Positions 45,135-54,296 of a DNA stretch of 64,000 bases are shown here, one piece after another. This DNA is from an uncultured Dehalococcoidales bacterium (GTDB lineage: Bacteria > Chloroflexota > Dehalococcoidia > Dehalococcoidales > UBA5760): positions 33,294-97,293 of the forward strand of contig CAYYLM010000003.1 of NCBI GenBank assembly GCA_964472625.1, written 5' to 3'. The translations under genes and the position numbers were made by a program. Under the pieces are notes generated by a model, which did no database searches, was not told the origin of the DNA, and saw only the letters and a program-made list of their open reading frames with translations. Position 1 is the first letter of the stretch, and the number at the start of each line of letters is the position of its first letter.

Positions 45135-45650
45135 ATGGGTGATTTGAAAGCGCTCTGCCGAGATGTCCCAGGCTTTCCCAAGAAAGGGATAGTTTTTAAG
45201 GATATCACCCCGCTGCTCCAGGATGGGCAGAGATTCAAGGAGATCATTGATAGATTTGGGGAGAGGTACCGCGATAGGGGAATCGATGTTGTCGTTAGCG
45301 TTGAGGCGAGGGGTTTCATTATCGGCCCGGCCATAGCCTACCGGCTGGGAGCTGGTGTGGTTCCGGTCAGAAAGAAGGGGAAACTCCCTTGGCATTGCTA
45401 TCAGGCTAGCTACGACCTTGAGTATGGGACAGATACCTTGGAGATTCACCAGGATGCCATAAGACCGGGAGAGAAGGTCTTGATTGTGGACGACCTTCTG
45501 GCTACCGGTGGAACCGTGGAGGCGGTCATTAATCTGGTAGAGAAGCTTAAGGGAAAGGTGATAGAGGTTGCCTTCCTGATAGAGTTGACGGCGCTGAAAG
45601 GAAGAGAACGCATAAAGGATTACCCCGTATTTTCGCTGATAGAGTGTTGA
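45135..45650 (+). CDS. apt: adenine phosphoribosyltransferase
   Basis: FPKKGIVFKDITPLL, VLIVDDLLATGGT PRPP motif; 171 aa. Confidence 0.9.
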   Translation: MGDLKALCRDVPGFPKKGIVFKDITPLLQDGQRFKEIIDRFGERYRDRGIDVVVSVEARGFIIGPAIAYRLGAGVVPVRKKGKLPWHCYQASYDLEYGTDTLEIHQDAIRPGEKVLIVDDLLATGGTVEAVINLVEKLKGKVIEVAFLIELTALKGRERIKDYPVFSLIEC

Positions 45651-45659
45651 AAGTGCCCT

Positions 45660-45690
45660 ATAGCTAAGAGAGTGTAGCTATGTTTCTCTT
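45660..45690 (+). terminator. weak intrinsic-terminator-like hairpin after apt
   Basis: ATAGCTA-AGAGAGTG-TAGCTAT followed by the T-rich GTTTCTCTTTCCTTTC. The stem is AT-rich, so support is weak. Confidence 0.3.
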
Positions 45691-45784
45691 TCCTTTCTGG
45701 CGCTGCCGGTAATTCCCGAAATCCGGTTGACCGACCTGGGGCTGGTGAATGTCAACCAGCTTAGACTGATTAAGAGGGTTTAAT

Positions 45785-46483
45785 ATGCATTATCCAAGAG
45801 GGACTCCCCTTTTTGAGAATCGCTATGATGCCGGGAGACAGCTAGCCGAGAAGCTGAGTGAGTATCAGGGACAGCCGGTGGTGGTGCTGGCGGTTCCTAA
45901 CGGTGGTTTACCGGTGGCGTTGCAGGTGGCCCTGGCGCTTGGGGTTGACCTTGATGTCGTTATTTCCCGGAAGCTACCGATACCCTTAAGGCCGGAGGGT
46001 GGCTTCGGGGCGATCGCTGATGACGGGGCGGCAATTCTCAACGAGGTGGTGGTGAGGGAAGTTGGCCTGACACAGGAGCAGATAAATTACGAAATTAACA
46101 AGGTAAGGGTTGATATCCGCCAGCGCAGCCTGCTCTACCGGGGAAACCGACCGCTTACTGTTGTTAGCGGTAAGACAGTGATAATTATCGATGACGGACT
46201 GGCTTCTGGTTATACCATGATGGCGGCGGTGGAGTCGGTGCGCCGCCGCCGTCCCCAAGAGATCGTGGTGGCGGTACCGGCTGCCTCAGCCGTGGCGGTA
46301 AAGCAGTTGGAGAAGGTGGCTGACCGGGTGGTAACCGGTATCACCGGTTTCATGCCCAATTTCTATGTATCCGATTTCTATCGCTACTGGCATGTCCTCA
46401 GTGATAATGAGGGGTTCAGGTGCCTCAAGGAATGGCGCCTGCGGCGCTTCGGGCCTGACCTGGAAACGTTACACAAGAAGTAG
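45785..46483 (+). CDS. phosphoribosyltransferase family protein (predicted PRTase)
   Basis: VLAVPNGGLPVA and the VIIIDDGLASGYTM PRPP-binding motif. Confidence 0.7.
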   Translation: MHYPRGTPLFENRYDAGRQLAEKLSEYQGQPVVVLAVPNGGLPVALQVALALGVDLDVVISRKLPIPLRPEGGFGAIADDGAAILNEVVVREVGLTQEQINYEINKVRVDIRQRSLLYRGNRPLTVVSGKTVIIIDDGLASGYTMMAAVESVRRRRPQEIVVAVPAASAVAVKQLEKVADRVVTGITGFMPNFYVSDFYRYWHVLSDNEGFRCLKEWRLRRFGPDLETLHKK

Positions 46484-46559
46484 CCGCTGTGTTATTTGCC
46501 GGTGGCGCTGTCAACGGGTTTGTGGAGGAAGCGTGGCTCTATTTGGTCGCTCAGCTCTC

Positions 46560-46946
46560 TCAGTTTTCCCTCTCAATGGTAATCTCGGTTCCTGAGGCTA
46601 CCTGATTAAAAACGGTGGCATCGCCAGTAACCTTGCCGAAGACATTAACCGGGCTGGCGGGCCTTATTTCCTCACCCCGGCTCATCGGGGTCGGGCCGAA
46701 GAAGATACAGAAGGCAGTGCCCGGCGGCCAGTAGCCGAGGTCGCCCACGTCGACTACTTCCCGGGCATTTTCCGGTTCCAGGCTGAGGGGGATGGAGAAG
46801 TATATCTCCTCGCCCCAGCGGTCTCCCCGGCTTTTTATCGGCAGGGCGTCCCAGATTGCCTGGGCTGTCTTGGTGTCATTCAGTTCGGCGGTTGCCTCAA
46901 TCTTGCCGGCTTTGATGCTGATTCTTTTCCCCATGGTTGTAACCAC
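46560..46946 (-). CDS. cyclophilin-like fold family protein
   Basis: The pattern ...TAQAIWDALP...WGEEIYF...GDLGYWPPG.AFCIFFGPTP... resembles the Cyclophil_like family. Confidence 0.6.
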   Translation of the reverse strand: MVTTMGKRISIKAGKIEATAELNDTKTAQAIWDALPIKSRGDRWGEEIYFSIPLSLEPENAREVVDVGDLGYWPPGTAFCIFFGPTPMSRGEEIRPASPVNVFGKVTGDATVFNQVASGTEITIEREN

Positions 46947-46958
46947 CTCCTTAAGTAG

Positions 46959-47732
46959 TTACTCAAGCCGCCAGGAGTACCGGGCATAAAGGTTTATACC
47001 CAGAATTAACAGGAGCAGGGAGAGGGCGATGGTAAGACCCGGGTGACCTGCGGTCAGCGGATTATAGCCGACGAATTCTTCCCCGGTGAGAAAGTATTTA
47101 GCCAGGTTGCTGGCTGACGAAATCGGATAGATTCGGGAGAACTGCTGTAGGGCCGGCGGTAGGAATTCATAGGGAGCAAACATACCGGAGAGAGAGGCGG
47201 TGACCACGGAAATTCCCACCCCGGTCATGATGGCTCCGTGCTGGCGTCGGATGAGGGTGCCGATGATAAGCCCGATACCGGCCGAGGCACAGACGATTAG
47301 TATCAGGAAGCCAGCCGCCTGCCCGGCTTGAAGGGCGGTGCCTTGGAAGCGGCCCCCGATTGCGAAACCGACTGCGAGAACCAGCCCGGCGGCTATGGCT
47401 GAGAGGGTACCCAGTGCCAGGATGCGGCCGGCGAAGTCACTGCGGGGGCTTATCGGCATTGATATCAGCTTGGCGAGCATCCCATTTTCCCGGTCGCCGG
47501 TGATGCTCGAAGGCAAGTTGGCCATGCCGGCTATCATCAGGGCAAAGACCATCATTGAAATCGTGATGGTGCCTCTATGGTAGGGCAATACCATCTTGGG
47601 GACGCTTCCGAGGAAGCTGGTTGAACTGATGATTACCCAGATGATGGGCCAGGCTATCGTCCAGAATAGGACGGCTCTTTCCCGGAGGAATTCCTTGATG
47701 GTTCTGGAGAACGAGGCGATTACCTGCCCCAC
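46959..47732 (-). CDS. ABC-2 type transporter permease
   Basis: Six TM helices; 1-nt gap to the upstream ATPase gene. Confidence 0.75.
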   Translation of the reverse strand: MGQVIASFSRTIKEFLRERAVLFWTIAWPIIWVIISSTSFLGSVPKMVLPYHRGTITISMMVFALMIAGMANLPSSITGDRENGMLAKLISMPISPRSDFAGRILALGTLSAIAAGLVLAVGFAIGGRFQGTALQAGQAAGFLILIVCASAGIGLIIGTLIRRQHGAIMTGVGISVVTASLSGMFAPYEFLPPALQQFSRIYPISSASNLAKYFLTGEEFVGYNPLTAGHPGLTIALSLLLLILGINLYARYSWRLE

Positions 47733-47733
47733 G

Positions 47734-48660
47734 CTACTCAGCCTCCAGCATGGTTTTCTCGGTCAGTTTGAAGAAGACGTCTTCCAGTGACGGCCGGGTC
47801 ATTTCTAATCGTGTTACCTTAAAGCCAGCGCGGTCGAGGTGTCTCGCTACCTCAGCCAGAACCTTACCCCCGTCTCTGGAGTAGATTCGGTAACCCTCTT
47901 CGGTTTCCAGAAGCCGCTGGTCGATACTTAATTTCCGTAATATCCCGATTATCTTGTCGGACTTCACCTGTGTCTCCACGGTTATCACATCCTCCAGACC
48001 GTGGGCCCGCTTCAGCGCCTCCGGCTCATCCTCGGCGATGATCTTGCCGCTGTCTATCAAGCCGACTCTTGAGGCTAGCTCGGCATCACTGCCCAGGTGG
48101 GTAATGAGAAGGATGGTGGTCTTTTTATCTTTTATCGCGGTGATTAGGCTGAAGAAGTTCCTCCTCGCAGCCGGGTCGAGACCGGTGGTCGGCTCATCTA
48201 GTATCAGGACCCTGACCCCGGGGAAGAGTGCCGTGGCTACCTCCAGTCTCTTGCGCATCCCCCCGGAAAATTTTTCCACCCTTTTATCGGCATCGCCAGC
48301 CAGTCCAATCTTCTCCAGCATGTCGTTTGCCAGCTTCTTCGCCTCACTGGCGGAGTGGTCAAGGAGCCGGGCGAAGTAGTTCAGGTTCTCCCGGGCGGTG
48401 AGCTTGGGGGCGGAAAAGTTCTCTTGGGGAACGTAGCCGATGAGTTTCTTGGCTTCCTTCGGTGGCTGGCCGTAGACGAGCACACCTCCGGATGAGGGCT
48501 TTCTTATTGAGGCGATGATTGAGGCTAGCGTCGTCTTTCCCGAACCGTTGGGCCCCATGAGGGCGTAGAATTCACCCTCGGCGATATTAAGGCTCAGTCC
48601 GCTGAGCACCTCTTTATCCCCGAAGCGTTTAGTCAGCTTTTCTACATCTATAGCGTTCAT
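47734..48660 (-). CDS. ABC transporter ATP-binding protein (DrrA/ABC-2 exporter type)
   Basis: GPNGSGKTT, FSGGMRKRLEVA, LILDEPTTGLD. Confidence 0.85.
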   Translation of the reverse strand: MNAIDVEKLTKRFGDKEVLSGLSLNIAEGEFYALMGPNGSGKTTLASIIASIRKPSSGGVLVYGQPPKEAKKLIGYVPQENFSAPKLTARENLNYFARLLDHSASEAKKLANDMLEKIGLAGDADKRVEKFSGGMRKRLEVATALFPGVRVLILDEPTTGLDPAARRNFFSLITAIKDKKTTILLITHLGSDAELASRVGLIDSGKIIAEDEPEALKRAHGLEDVITVETQVKSDKIIGILRKLSIDQRLLETEEGYRIYSRDGGKVLAEVARHLDRAGFKVTRLEMTRPSLEDVFFKLTEKTMLEAE

Positions 48661-48687
48661 TCTAACTTCGCCAGCCAGGCGGCATCT

Positions 48688-49764
48688 TTACCAGCCGTAG
48701 TCCATGGCTATCTTGCCGGCTTTATATACCGTCCATAGCTTTCTAAGTCTTGGTAGTAGAGCCGGGTGTTTGATGACCCTGCTGATATACGGGGCGTGTC
48801 CCTCCCCTTCTTTAAATCCCGAGAAGAGCTTGCCGATATTGGCTAGGTCTTGGTTAGTGAAACTTTTCATAATGAGTGCCCCTTGGCACAGGGTAGGGTG
48901 GGCCATGGGATGGTTTTTCACCTCCCGCTCGTAGTTCTCTAGGTGGTTAATGCTTTTCTTGAGTATCCGGCTGGCCTGAATAATTGGGGCTAGCCCGCTG
49001 GAACCCGAGGGGTTAGGCATCGCGGCCGCATCGCCGATGAGGGCGAGGTTTCCCCTGGCCAGCTTGCCGCTTATTCCTGAGGCGGGAATTGGGCCGGCTT
49101 CCTTTTTTATTATCTGCTGCTTGTCCAGACCTTTATATTGTAAAAAGGCATCCAGATGGGCGAAATCCCCACCTAAGCCGACATTGATAACCCCGTCTTT
49201 GGGGAATATCCAGGCATAGCCGAAGGAAAACCTCTTATCAAAGTAGAACTCCAGGTAGTCCATGCCTGAGGTATCACTGCTAATCTTATACTGGGAAGCA
49301 GCGATAAAGTCATAACTCATCCCCAGGTATCGGGCGAGACTGGATTTGGGACCATCGGCACCAATCAGGGTGTCGTAGCCGATAATCTCTCCGTTTTCCA
49401 GCTTGACTTGGTTACTGGCTACGGCAACTGCTTCCGAGCTTAACCTGATTTTCCCACCCCGCAGCCCAACCTCCCTAGCCATTCCCTGGAGCCACTCGGT
49501 TCTGTTCAGGACAGCGCACTCCTTATCTATCAGGTCAAAGATGTCACCGGGGAAGATTAGTTTTGCCCCCTTGACCCGCTTGGCAATGTAGGGGCTGGAG
49601 TCAAAAGGGAGCTCGTTTAGCCACTGGAGACCCACGGCTTCCCCGCAGGCGGTTGATCTGATTTCTGGCTCCTTCTCCAGGACCAGGGGTCTTATACCGG
49701 CTTCAATCAGGTTAAGGGCGGTAATCAGCCCGGCCGGCCCGGCGCCAACGATAACTACTTTCAT
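48688..49764 (-). CDS. geranylgeranyl-reductase-family FAD-dependent oxidoreductase
   Basis: MKVVIVGAGPAGL Rossmann motif, GADGPKS, LIGDAAAMPNP. Confidence 0.75.
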   Translation of the reverse strand: MKVVIVGAGPAGLITALNLIEAGIRPLVLEKEPEIRSTACGEAVGLQWLNELPFDSSPYIAKRVKGAKLIFPGDIFDLIDKECAVLNRTEWLQGMAREVGLRGGKIRLSSEAVAVASNQVKLENGEIIGYDTLIGADGPKSSLARYLGMSYDFIAASQYKISSDTSGMDYLEFYFDKRFSFGYAWIFPKDGVINVGLGGDFAHLDAFLQYKGLDKQQIIKKEAGPIPASGISGKLARGNLALIGDAAAMPNPSGSSGLAPIIQASRILKKSINHLENYEREVKNHPMAHPTLCQGALIMKSFTNQDLANIGKLFSGFKEGEGHAPYISRVIKHPALLPRLRKLWTVYKAGKIAMDYGW

Positions 49765-50279
49765 GCCTGCTTCTTGACCACATACCGGATGAGCGTCTTC
49801 ACGACCTTGGCGTCGGGTTGGGTCAGGTATTCCTCTTCATGGGGTCCGGCTATCTGGTAGCCGTTTTCTTCGATGAACCGGTGTAGTCGCTCAATGGTAG
49901 GGCCTTCCTGGTCGTAGGCTCCAATATGCAGAATCTGGGCTACAGTGCCGTAATCCCAGGTCTCCAATCTTACCTCAACGGCCGGGACTTTCTGGGGGAG
50001 GGAATTGGTATCATTCGGGACGGGCAGGCCCATAATTATATTCCACTCATCTTTGGAGACAAGGTGAGCGTCTGGGTAGCGGCCGCGGAGCCCGCTTACC
50101 TTAAAGGTGGGCAGCCCCTGTTTCTTTAGGTCGAATTTTAGCGTGTAGGCGGAGCCATAGAGCGCTGGCATGACCTCGGGGAAGACCTTGTCGGGAGCGC
50201 CCTTCCCCTGGACTACCGCCATCTTCTGCGGTGGCAGTTCTATAATTTCTGGGTCCGTCTTAGACTTTCGTGGTGACAT
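49761..50279 (-). CDS. GyrI-like small-molecule-binding domain protein
   Basis: GGGAGG RBS before ATG 50279. The EIIELPPQKMAVV...ILHIGAYDQEGPTIERLHRFIEENGY pattern is typical of GyrI-like proteins. Its stop overlaps the next gene start by 4 nt. Confidence 0.6.
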   Translation of the reverse strand: MSPRKSKTDPEIIELPPQKMAVVQGKGAPDKVFPEVMPALYGSAYTLKFDLKKQGLPTFKVSGLRGRYPDAHLVSKDEWNIIMGLPVPNDTNSLPQKVPAVEVRLETWDYGTVAQILHIGAYDQEGPTIERLHRFIEENGYQIAGPHEEEYLTQPDAKVVKTLIRYVVKKQA

Positions 50280-50425
50280 GTGACTAACCTCCCGGTTAAA
50301 AGTTCTTAGCACATTATCGCCCTGGCTGAGTCCCATGAGCAGGGATGGCAATTACTAAAAGTGGCCTAAACTCCGCTTGAGCTTTCCTGCCTAGCTTTAA
50401 TTATGACCTATCGCTTAATTCGCTG

Positions 50426-50719
50426 CTACTCAGTAGCCATTACCTGATAGACGCTGACCTTTGGCCTCTCTGTAAGCAGCGGTTCAATCTGCTTTTCTAG
50501 CCTAGCTCTGGTTTCTGATTGTGCCCAGTTTCTCCAATCGTTAAGGCTTTGCCAGGTGCTCAGTACCGAGACGATTGAAGCGTCCTCAATACTGGCCAGG
50601 CTCTCACCACTTATGTATCCCGGCTGGTGGATAGCTGAAGTTCTAAGTTCCCGGAGCAGATGGATAAGTTCCCCTTTCTTAGCCTCTTTTTGGTGTCGCT
50701 CTATGATGACCCTTATCAT
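50426..50719 (-). CDS. ABM (antibiotic biosynthesis monooxygenase-like) domain protein
   Basis: 97 aa; ferredoxin-like ABM pattern (...PGYISGESL......VSVLSTWQSLNDWRNW...). Confidence 0.6.
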   Translation of the reverse strand: MIRVIIERHQKEAKKGELIHLLRELRTSAIHQPGYISGESLASIEDASIVSVLSTWQSLNDWRNWAQSETRARLEKQIEPLLTERPKVSVYQVMATE

Positions 50720-50809
50720 GGTACTTTACCTCCCGGCCGCGATTAATCATCTTTTGTGTCCGCATCATAATTGTAAACCTGTTTTACTACCCTATCAAGG
50801 CTTCTTGGC

Positions 50810-52051
50810 TTACTGTTTAGCCCCCTGCTCCTGAATAAGCCTTTCACCGTACTCAAGCAGGGTTTTAGTTCGCTCTGGAGATACCTTTTTTGAATTAAGA
50901 TAGGCTTTCAGAGCCTCAAACGGGGTTATTTCCTCGGCGGCTAGCTTCCCCAGCCTGAGGCGTGTCTCACGTTTGATATCCCGGGCAACGCTGAAGTGGT
51001 GGGCTTCTTTCAGGGCGCTGCGGATGTCACTGTCTCTAAGGGCGCCCTCAAGCTCTGCCGGCAGGCTAATATTCAGCCTCACTATGCTGTCCCCGATGTT
51101 ACTAGCTTGTTCCGTGATGGCCTTAATCACGGTTAACGTGGGGTCAGCCTCCTCGGGCTCAATATTGGCGTTGATGGTGACAAAACGGCGCCCAGATAGC
51201 TGGTGGAAGTGAAAGGAAACCCGTCGCTTCCCGGTTTCCCCATCTGGCTCAATGTCCACCACGTAGAATCCCTTTTCATCAGTCTCTTCGCTGAAATTAA
51301 GCCGCTCCAGACTACCGGCATAGACTACCGGTGGATTTTCATGCACAACCTGGTGGCGGTGAATGTGCCCCAGGGCGATATAATCAAAAGCCGGGTGGGC
51401 GATACTGCCGGGGAGCAGGGTATGCTCCTGCCCGATAGTCATCGACGACTCTGAACCTACCTTGGCACCAACGACCCAGACATGGGCCGCCAGTATGGCG
51501 GGCAGTTTGGGGTCAAGTTTTTGCACGTTGGCGGTGAAGATATTGGTTAGCACCTGCTCAAGACGCTCGTTAATCTCCTTGAAGTTAAGGTTTTTCGTTT
51601 CTTCCTTGCTGAGCAGGGCGCTTCGTCTCAGCCAGGGTAGGGAGACTATCTGGAGCACGCCGCTCCTTAACGGGATACGGTATACGTCGGGGCGGCTTGA
51701 GACGTAGACCTTCTGAATAGCTAGGGTGTCGAAGATTTCGGTAGCCGTAGCCCGGCCGAAGGCGTTGGGGAGGTCGTGATTACCGGTGAGGAGGAAGACT
51801 GGGATATCCATAGTGGCCAGTCGGTTAATACGCCGGGCAAATTCCCGTTGCTGGGTGGGGGTTGGCTCCCGGCTCTTATAGGCATCGCCACAGAAAAGGA
51901 CAAGGTCAGCCTTATTCTCAATGGCATAGTCTACTAACTGGTCAAGCGCTGCCAGGAAATCAAGCAGGCGGGAGGATAGTCCGGTGGCCGGGTCAAGGCG
52001 TCCGTAGGTCTCCACACCGAGGTGAAGGTCAGCAAAGTGGATGATTTTCAA
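50810..52051 (-). CDS. sbcD: exonuclease SbcD / Mre11-type nuclease
   Basis: MKIIHFADLHLG, LFCGDAYK, LLTGNHD, GHIH calcineurin-like phosphoesterase motifs. Confidence 0.8.
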   Translation of the reverse strand: MKIIHFADLHLGVETYGRLDPATGLSSRLLDFLAALDQLVDYAIENKADLVLFCGDAYKSREPTPTQQREFARRINRLATMDIPVFLLTGNHDLPNAFGRATATEIFDTLAIQKVYVSSRPDVYRIPLRSGVLQIVSLPWLRRSALLSKEETKNLNFKEINERLEQVLTNIFTANVQKLDPKLPAILAAHVWVVGAKVGSESSMTIGQEHTLLPGSIAHPAFDYIALGHIHRHQVVHENPPVVYAGSLERLNFSEETDEKGFYVVDIEPDGETGKRRVSFHFHQLSGRRFVTINANIEPEEADPTLTVIKAITEQASNIGDSIVRLNISLPAELEGALRDSDIRSALKEAHHFSVARDIKRETRLRLGKLAAEEITPFEALKAYLNSKKVSPERTKTLLEYGERLIQEQGAKQ

Positions 52052-52081
52052 TTGCTTCCTCGCTTAAACTTCCACACTAGC

Positions 52082-53464
52082 CTAGCTGGAACTCGGCTTT
52101 CTCTCTTCCTTCCATATCTTGCTGCCGGGGGGCAGGGTGAAGAGGGGTTCGCCAGAGAGCTTGGCGGCTAGGGTTTCCCTCAGTACCTCGATGGGGACGC
52201 GTATTTGGTTCATGGTGTCTCGTTCTCGGATGGTTACCGCCTTATCCTCAAGTGACTCAAAGTCAACAGTAACGCAGAACGGGGTGCCGATCTCGTCCTG
52301 GCGCCGGTAGCGCCGCCCGATGCTCTGGGCATCATCGTAGCTTACAGCCCAGCACTGACGCAGGTCACTATAGACCTCCCTGGCTAGTTGCACCAGTGGC
52401 TCCCGTCGGCTTAGGGGTAGCACGGCTACCTTGATGGGGGCTAACTCCGGGTTGAGGTGGAGCAGCACCCGGAGCTCTTCGTTATCCAGTTCTTCGTCAT
52501 AGGTGTCGCAGAGAACTGCCAGGAAGGTGCGGTCAACACCGGCTGATGGCTCAATGACATAGGGGACGAGTTGCTCTTTGGAATCTTCGTCAAAGTAGGT
52601 GAGGCTCTTGCCACTGTATTTGGCGTGCTGGGTGAGGTCGTAGTCACCGCGGTTGGCAATGCCTTCCAGCTCTTCCCAGCCCATGGGGAAGAGGTAGTCG
52701 ATGTCGTAGCAGTCCCGGGCGTAGTGGGCCAGTTCGTGCTTCATATGCTGGCGCAGCCTTAAGTTTTCCTTCCTGATACCCAGTCTCAGGTACCAGTTGA
52801 GACGCTCCTCAAGCCAGTAGTTAAACCATTCCTCGTCGGTGCCTGGTTTGACGAAGTATTCAATCTCCATCTGCTCAAATTCCCGGCTGCGGAAGATGAA
52901 ATTGCCGGTGGTAATCTCATTGCGGAATGATTTGCCTATCTGAGCGACGCCAAAGGGCAGTTTCTTTCGGGTGGTATCGACCACGTTACTGAAATTAACG
53001 AAGATACCCTGGGCCGTCTCCGGGCGCAAATAAACTATGTTGGCAGCCTCCTCAATCGGCCCCATGAAGGTCTTAAACATGAGATTAAACATATGAGGCT
53101 CGGTCAGTTCCCCGCCGCAGGCAGGACAGCGGTTAGTCTCCAGATCATCGGTGCGCCACCTCTGGTGACAGCTCTTGCACTCGGCAAGGGGGTCACTAAA
53201 CCCTTGAAGGTGTCCGCTGGCTTCCCAGGTCTGAGGGTGCATCAGGATACTGGTATCCAGGCCGACGATATCTTCGCGCTCTTGAATTACGGCTCGCCAC
53301 CAGGCCTCCGTAATATTTCGCTTTAATTCTACGCCGAGCGGGCCATAGTCCCAGCAGCTGGACAGGCCGCCGTAGATCTCACTTGAGGGGTAAATGAAAC
53401 CACGTCGCCGGGATAGCGAGACAATCTTCTCCATGTTAACCTTACCCGGGGTCTTTTTCGTCAC
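52082..53464 (-). CDS. glyQS: glycine--tRNA ligase (dimeric class II, GlyQS type)
   Basis: RRGFIYPSSEIYGG, YLRPETAQGIFVNF, GKSFRNEI, IEPSAGVDR motifs. The start may be the internal MEKIV (53434). Confidence 0.9.
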   Translation of the reverse strand: MTKKTPGKVNMEKIVSLSRRRGFIYPSSEIYGGLSSCWDYGPLGVELKRNITEAWWRAVIQEREDIVGLDTSILMHPQTWEASGHLQGFSDPLAECKSCHQRWRTDDLETNRCPACGGELTEPHMFNLMFKTFMGPIEEAANIVYLRPETAQGIFVNFSNVVDTTRKKLPFGVAQIGKSFRNEITTGNFIFRSREFEQMEIEYFVKPGTDEEWFNYWLEERLNWYLRLGIRKENLRLRQHMKHELAHYARDCYDIDYLFPMGWEELEGIANRGDYDLTQHAKYSGKSLTYFDEDSKEQLVPYVIEPSAGVDRTFLAVLCDTYDEELDNEELRVLLHLNPELAPIKVAVLPLSRREPLVQLAREVYSDLRQCWAVSYDDAQSIGRRYRRQDEIGTPFCVTVDFESLEDKAVTIRERDTMNQIRVPIEVLRETLAAKLSGEPLFTLPPGSKIWKEERKPSSS

Positions 53465-53658
53465 GGCGGTCGCTCCTTGCCACTACTGAGCTTATTCTGG
53501 TAAGCATTGTAGCTAAAAAGGGGGTGCATTGTAAAGCCACCTCTGGGTAAATCGTCAGTTTGCCCTTAAGCTACGCTTACTGGTAAAATGGAGAGATATC
53601 TCAAGCTTCCTTCAGTTTTTATCTGTGACATAGCGTTTATCAGATTGCGAGGTGCACA

Positions 53659-54288
53659 GTGATTATTGAGAGGGTGGTCGTTAGTCCGTTTGCCACTAAC
53701 TGCTATATTGTGGGCTCTGAGTCTAGCCAGGAAGGCATTATCATCGACCCCGGTGATGAATCAAAGGTGATTTTAAGGAAGGTTGCTGATTTGGGACTTG
53801 ACATAAAATTAATCGTGCTCACCCACGGGCATATCGACCACATCGGTGCCCTCAAGGATGTTAAGGAGGCAACCGGCGCTGAGATGGCGATTCACACTGA
53901 TGATGCCCAGTCTCTGCGTGGGAAGGGTGGCTTAATCATTAGCCTCGTCTCGGGTCTGTCTTATCCCAAGCCACCTCCCCCCGACCGCTTGCTCAAGGAT
54001 GGCGACAGTCTGGATGTTGCCGACCTACATCTCAGGGTTCTCCACACCCCGGGGCATACCCCGGGCGGTATCTGTCTGTCGGGGGAGGGGGTGGTCTTCA
54101 GTGGCGACACCCTGTTTAACTCTGGCATTGGCCGTACTGACCTACCCGGTGGCAGTTACCGCCAGCTAATGGAGAGTATTCATACCAAGCTCATGGTACT
54201 GCCCGATGATACCATCGTCTACCCCGGTCACGGCCCGGAGACTACCATCGGGGCCGAACGGGCTGGTAACCCTTTCTTAAGCGATTAA
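53659..54288 (+). CDS. MBL-fold metallo-hydrolase (glyoxalase II-like)
   Basis: VLTHGHIDHIGA, HTPGHTPG, GDTLF motifs. Confidence 0.8.
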   Translation: MIIERVVVSPFATNCYIVGSESSQEGIIIDPGDESKVILRKVADLGLDIKLIVLTHGHIDHIGALKDVKEATGAEMAIHTDDAQSLRGKGGLIISLVSGLSYPKPPPPDRLLKDGDSLDVADLHLRVLHTPGHTPGGICLSGEGVVFSGDTLFNSGIGRTDLPGGSYRQLMESIHTKLMVLPDDTIVYPGHGPETTIGAERAGNPFLSD

Positions 54289-54296
54289 GCGGGTTT

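Noticed and set aside
53465-53658. T-box leader upstream of glyQS
   Set aside because: There is no AGGGUGGUACCGCG-like T-box sequence or specifier-loop architecture. The region instead contains a simple promoter-like TTTACA-18-TACAAT (53506..53535, minus strand).
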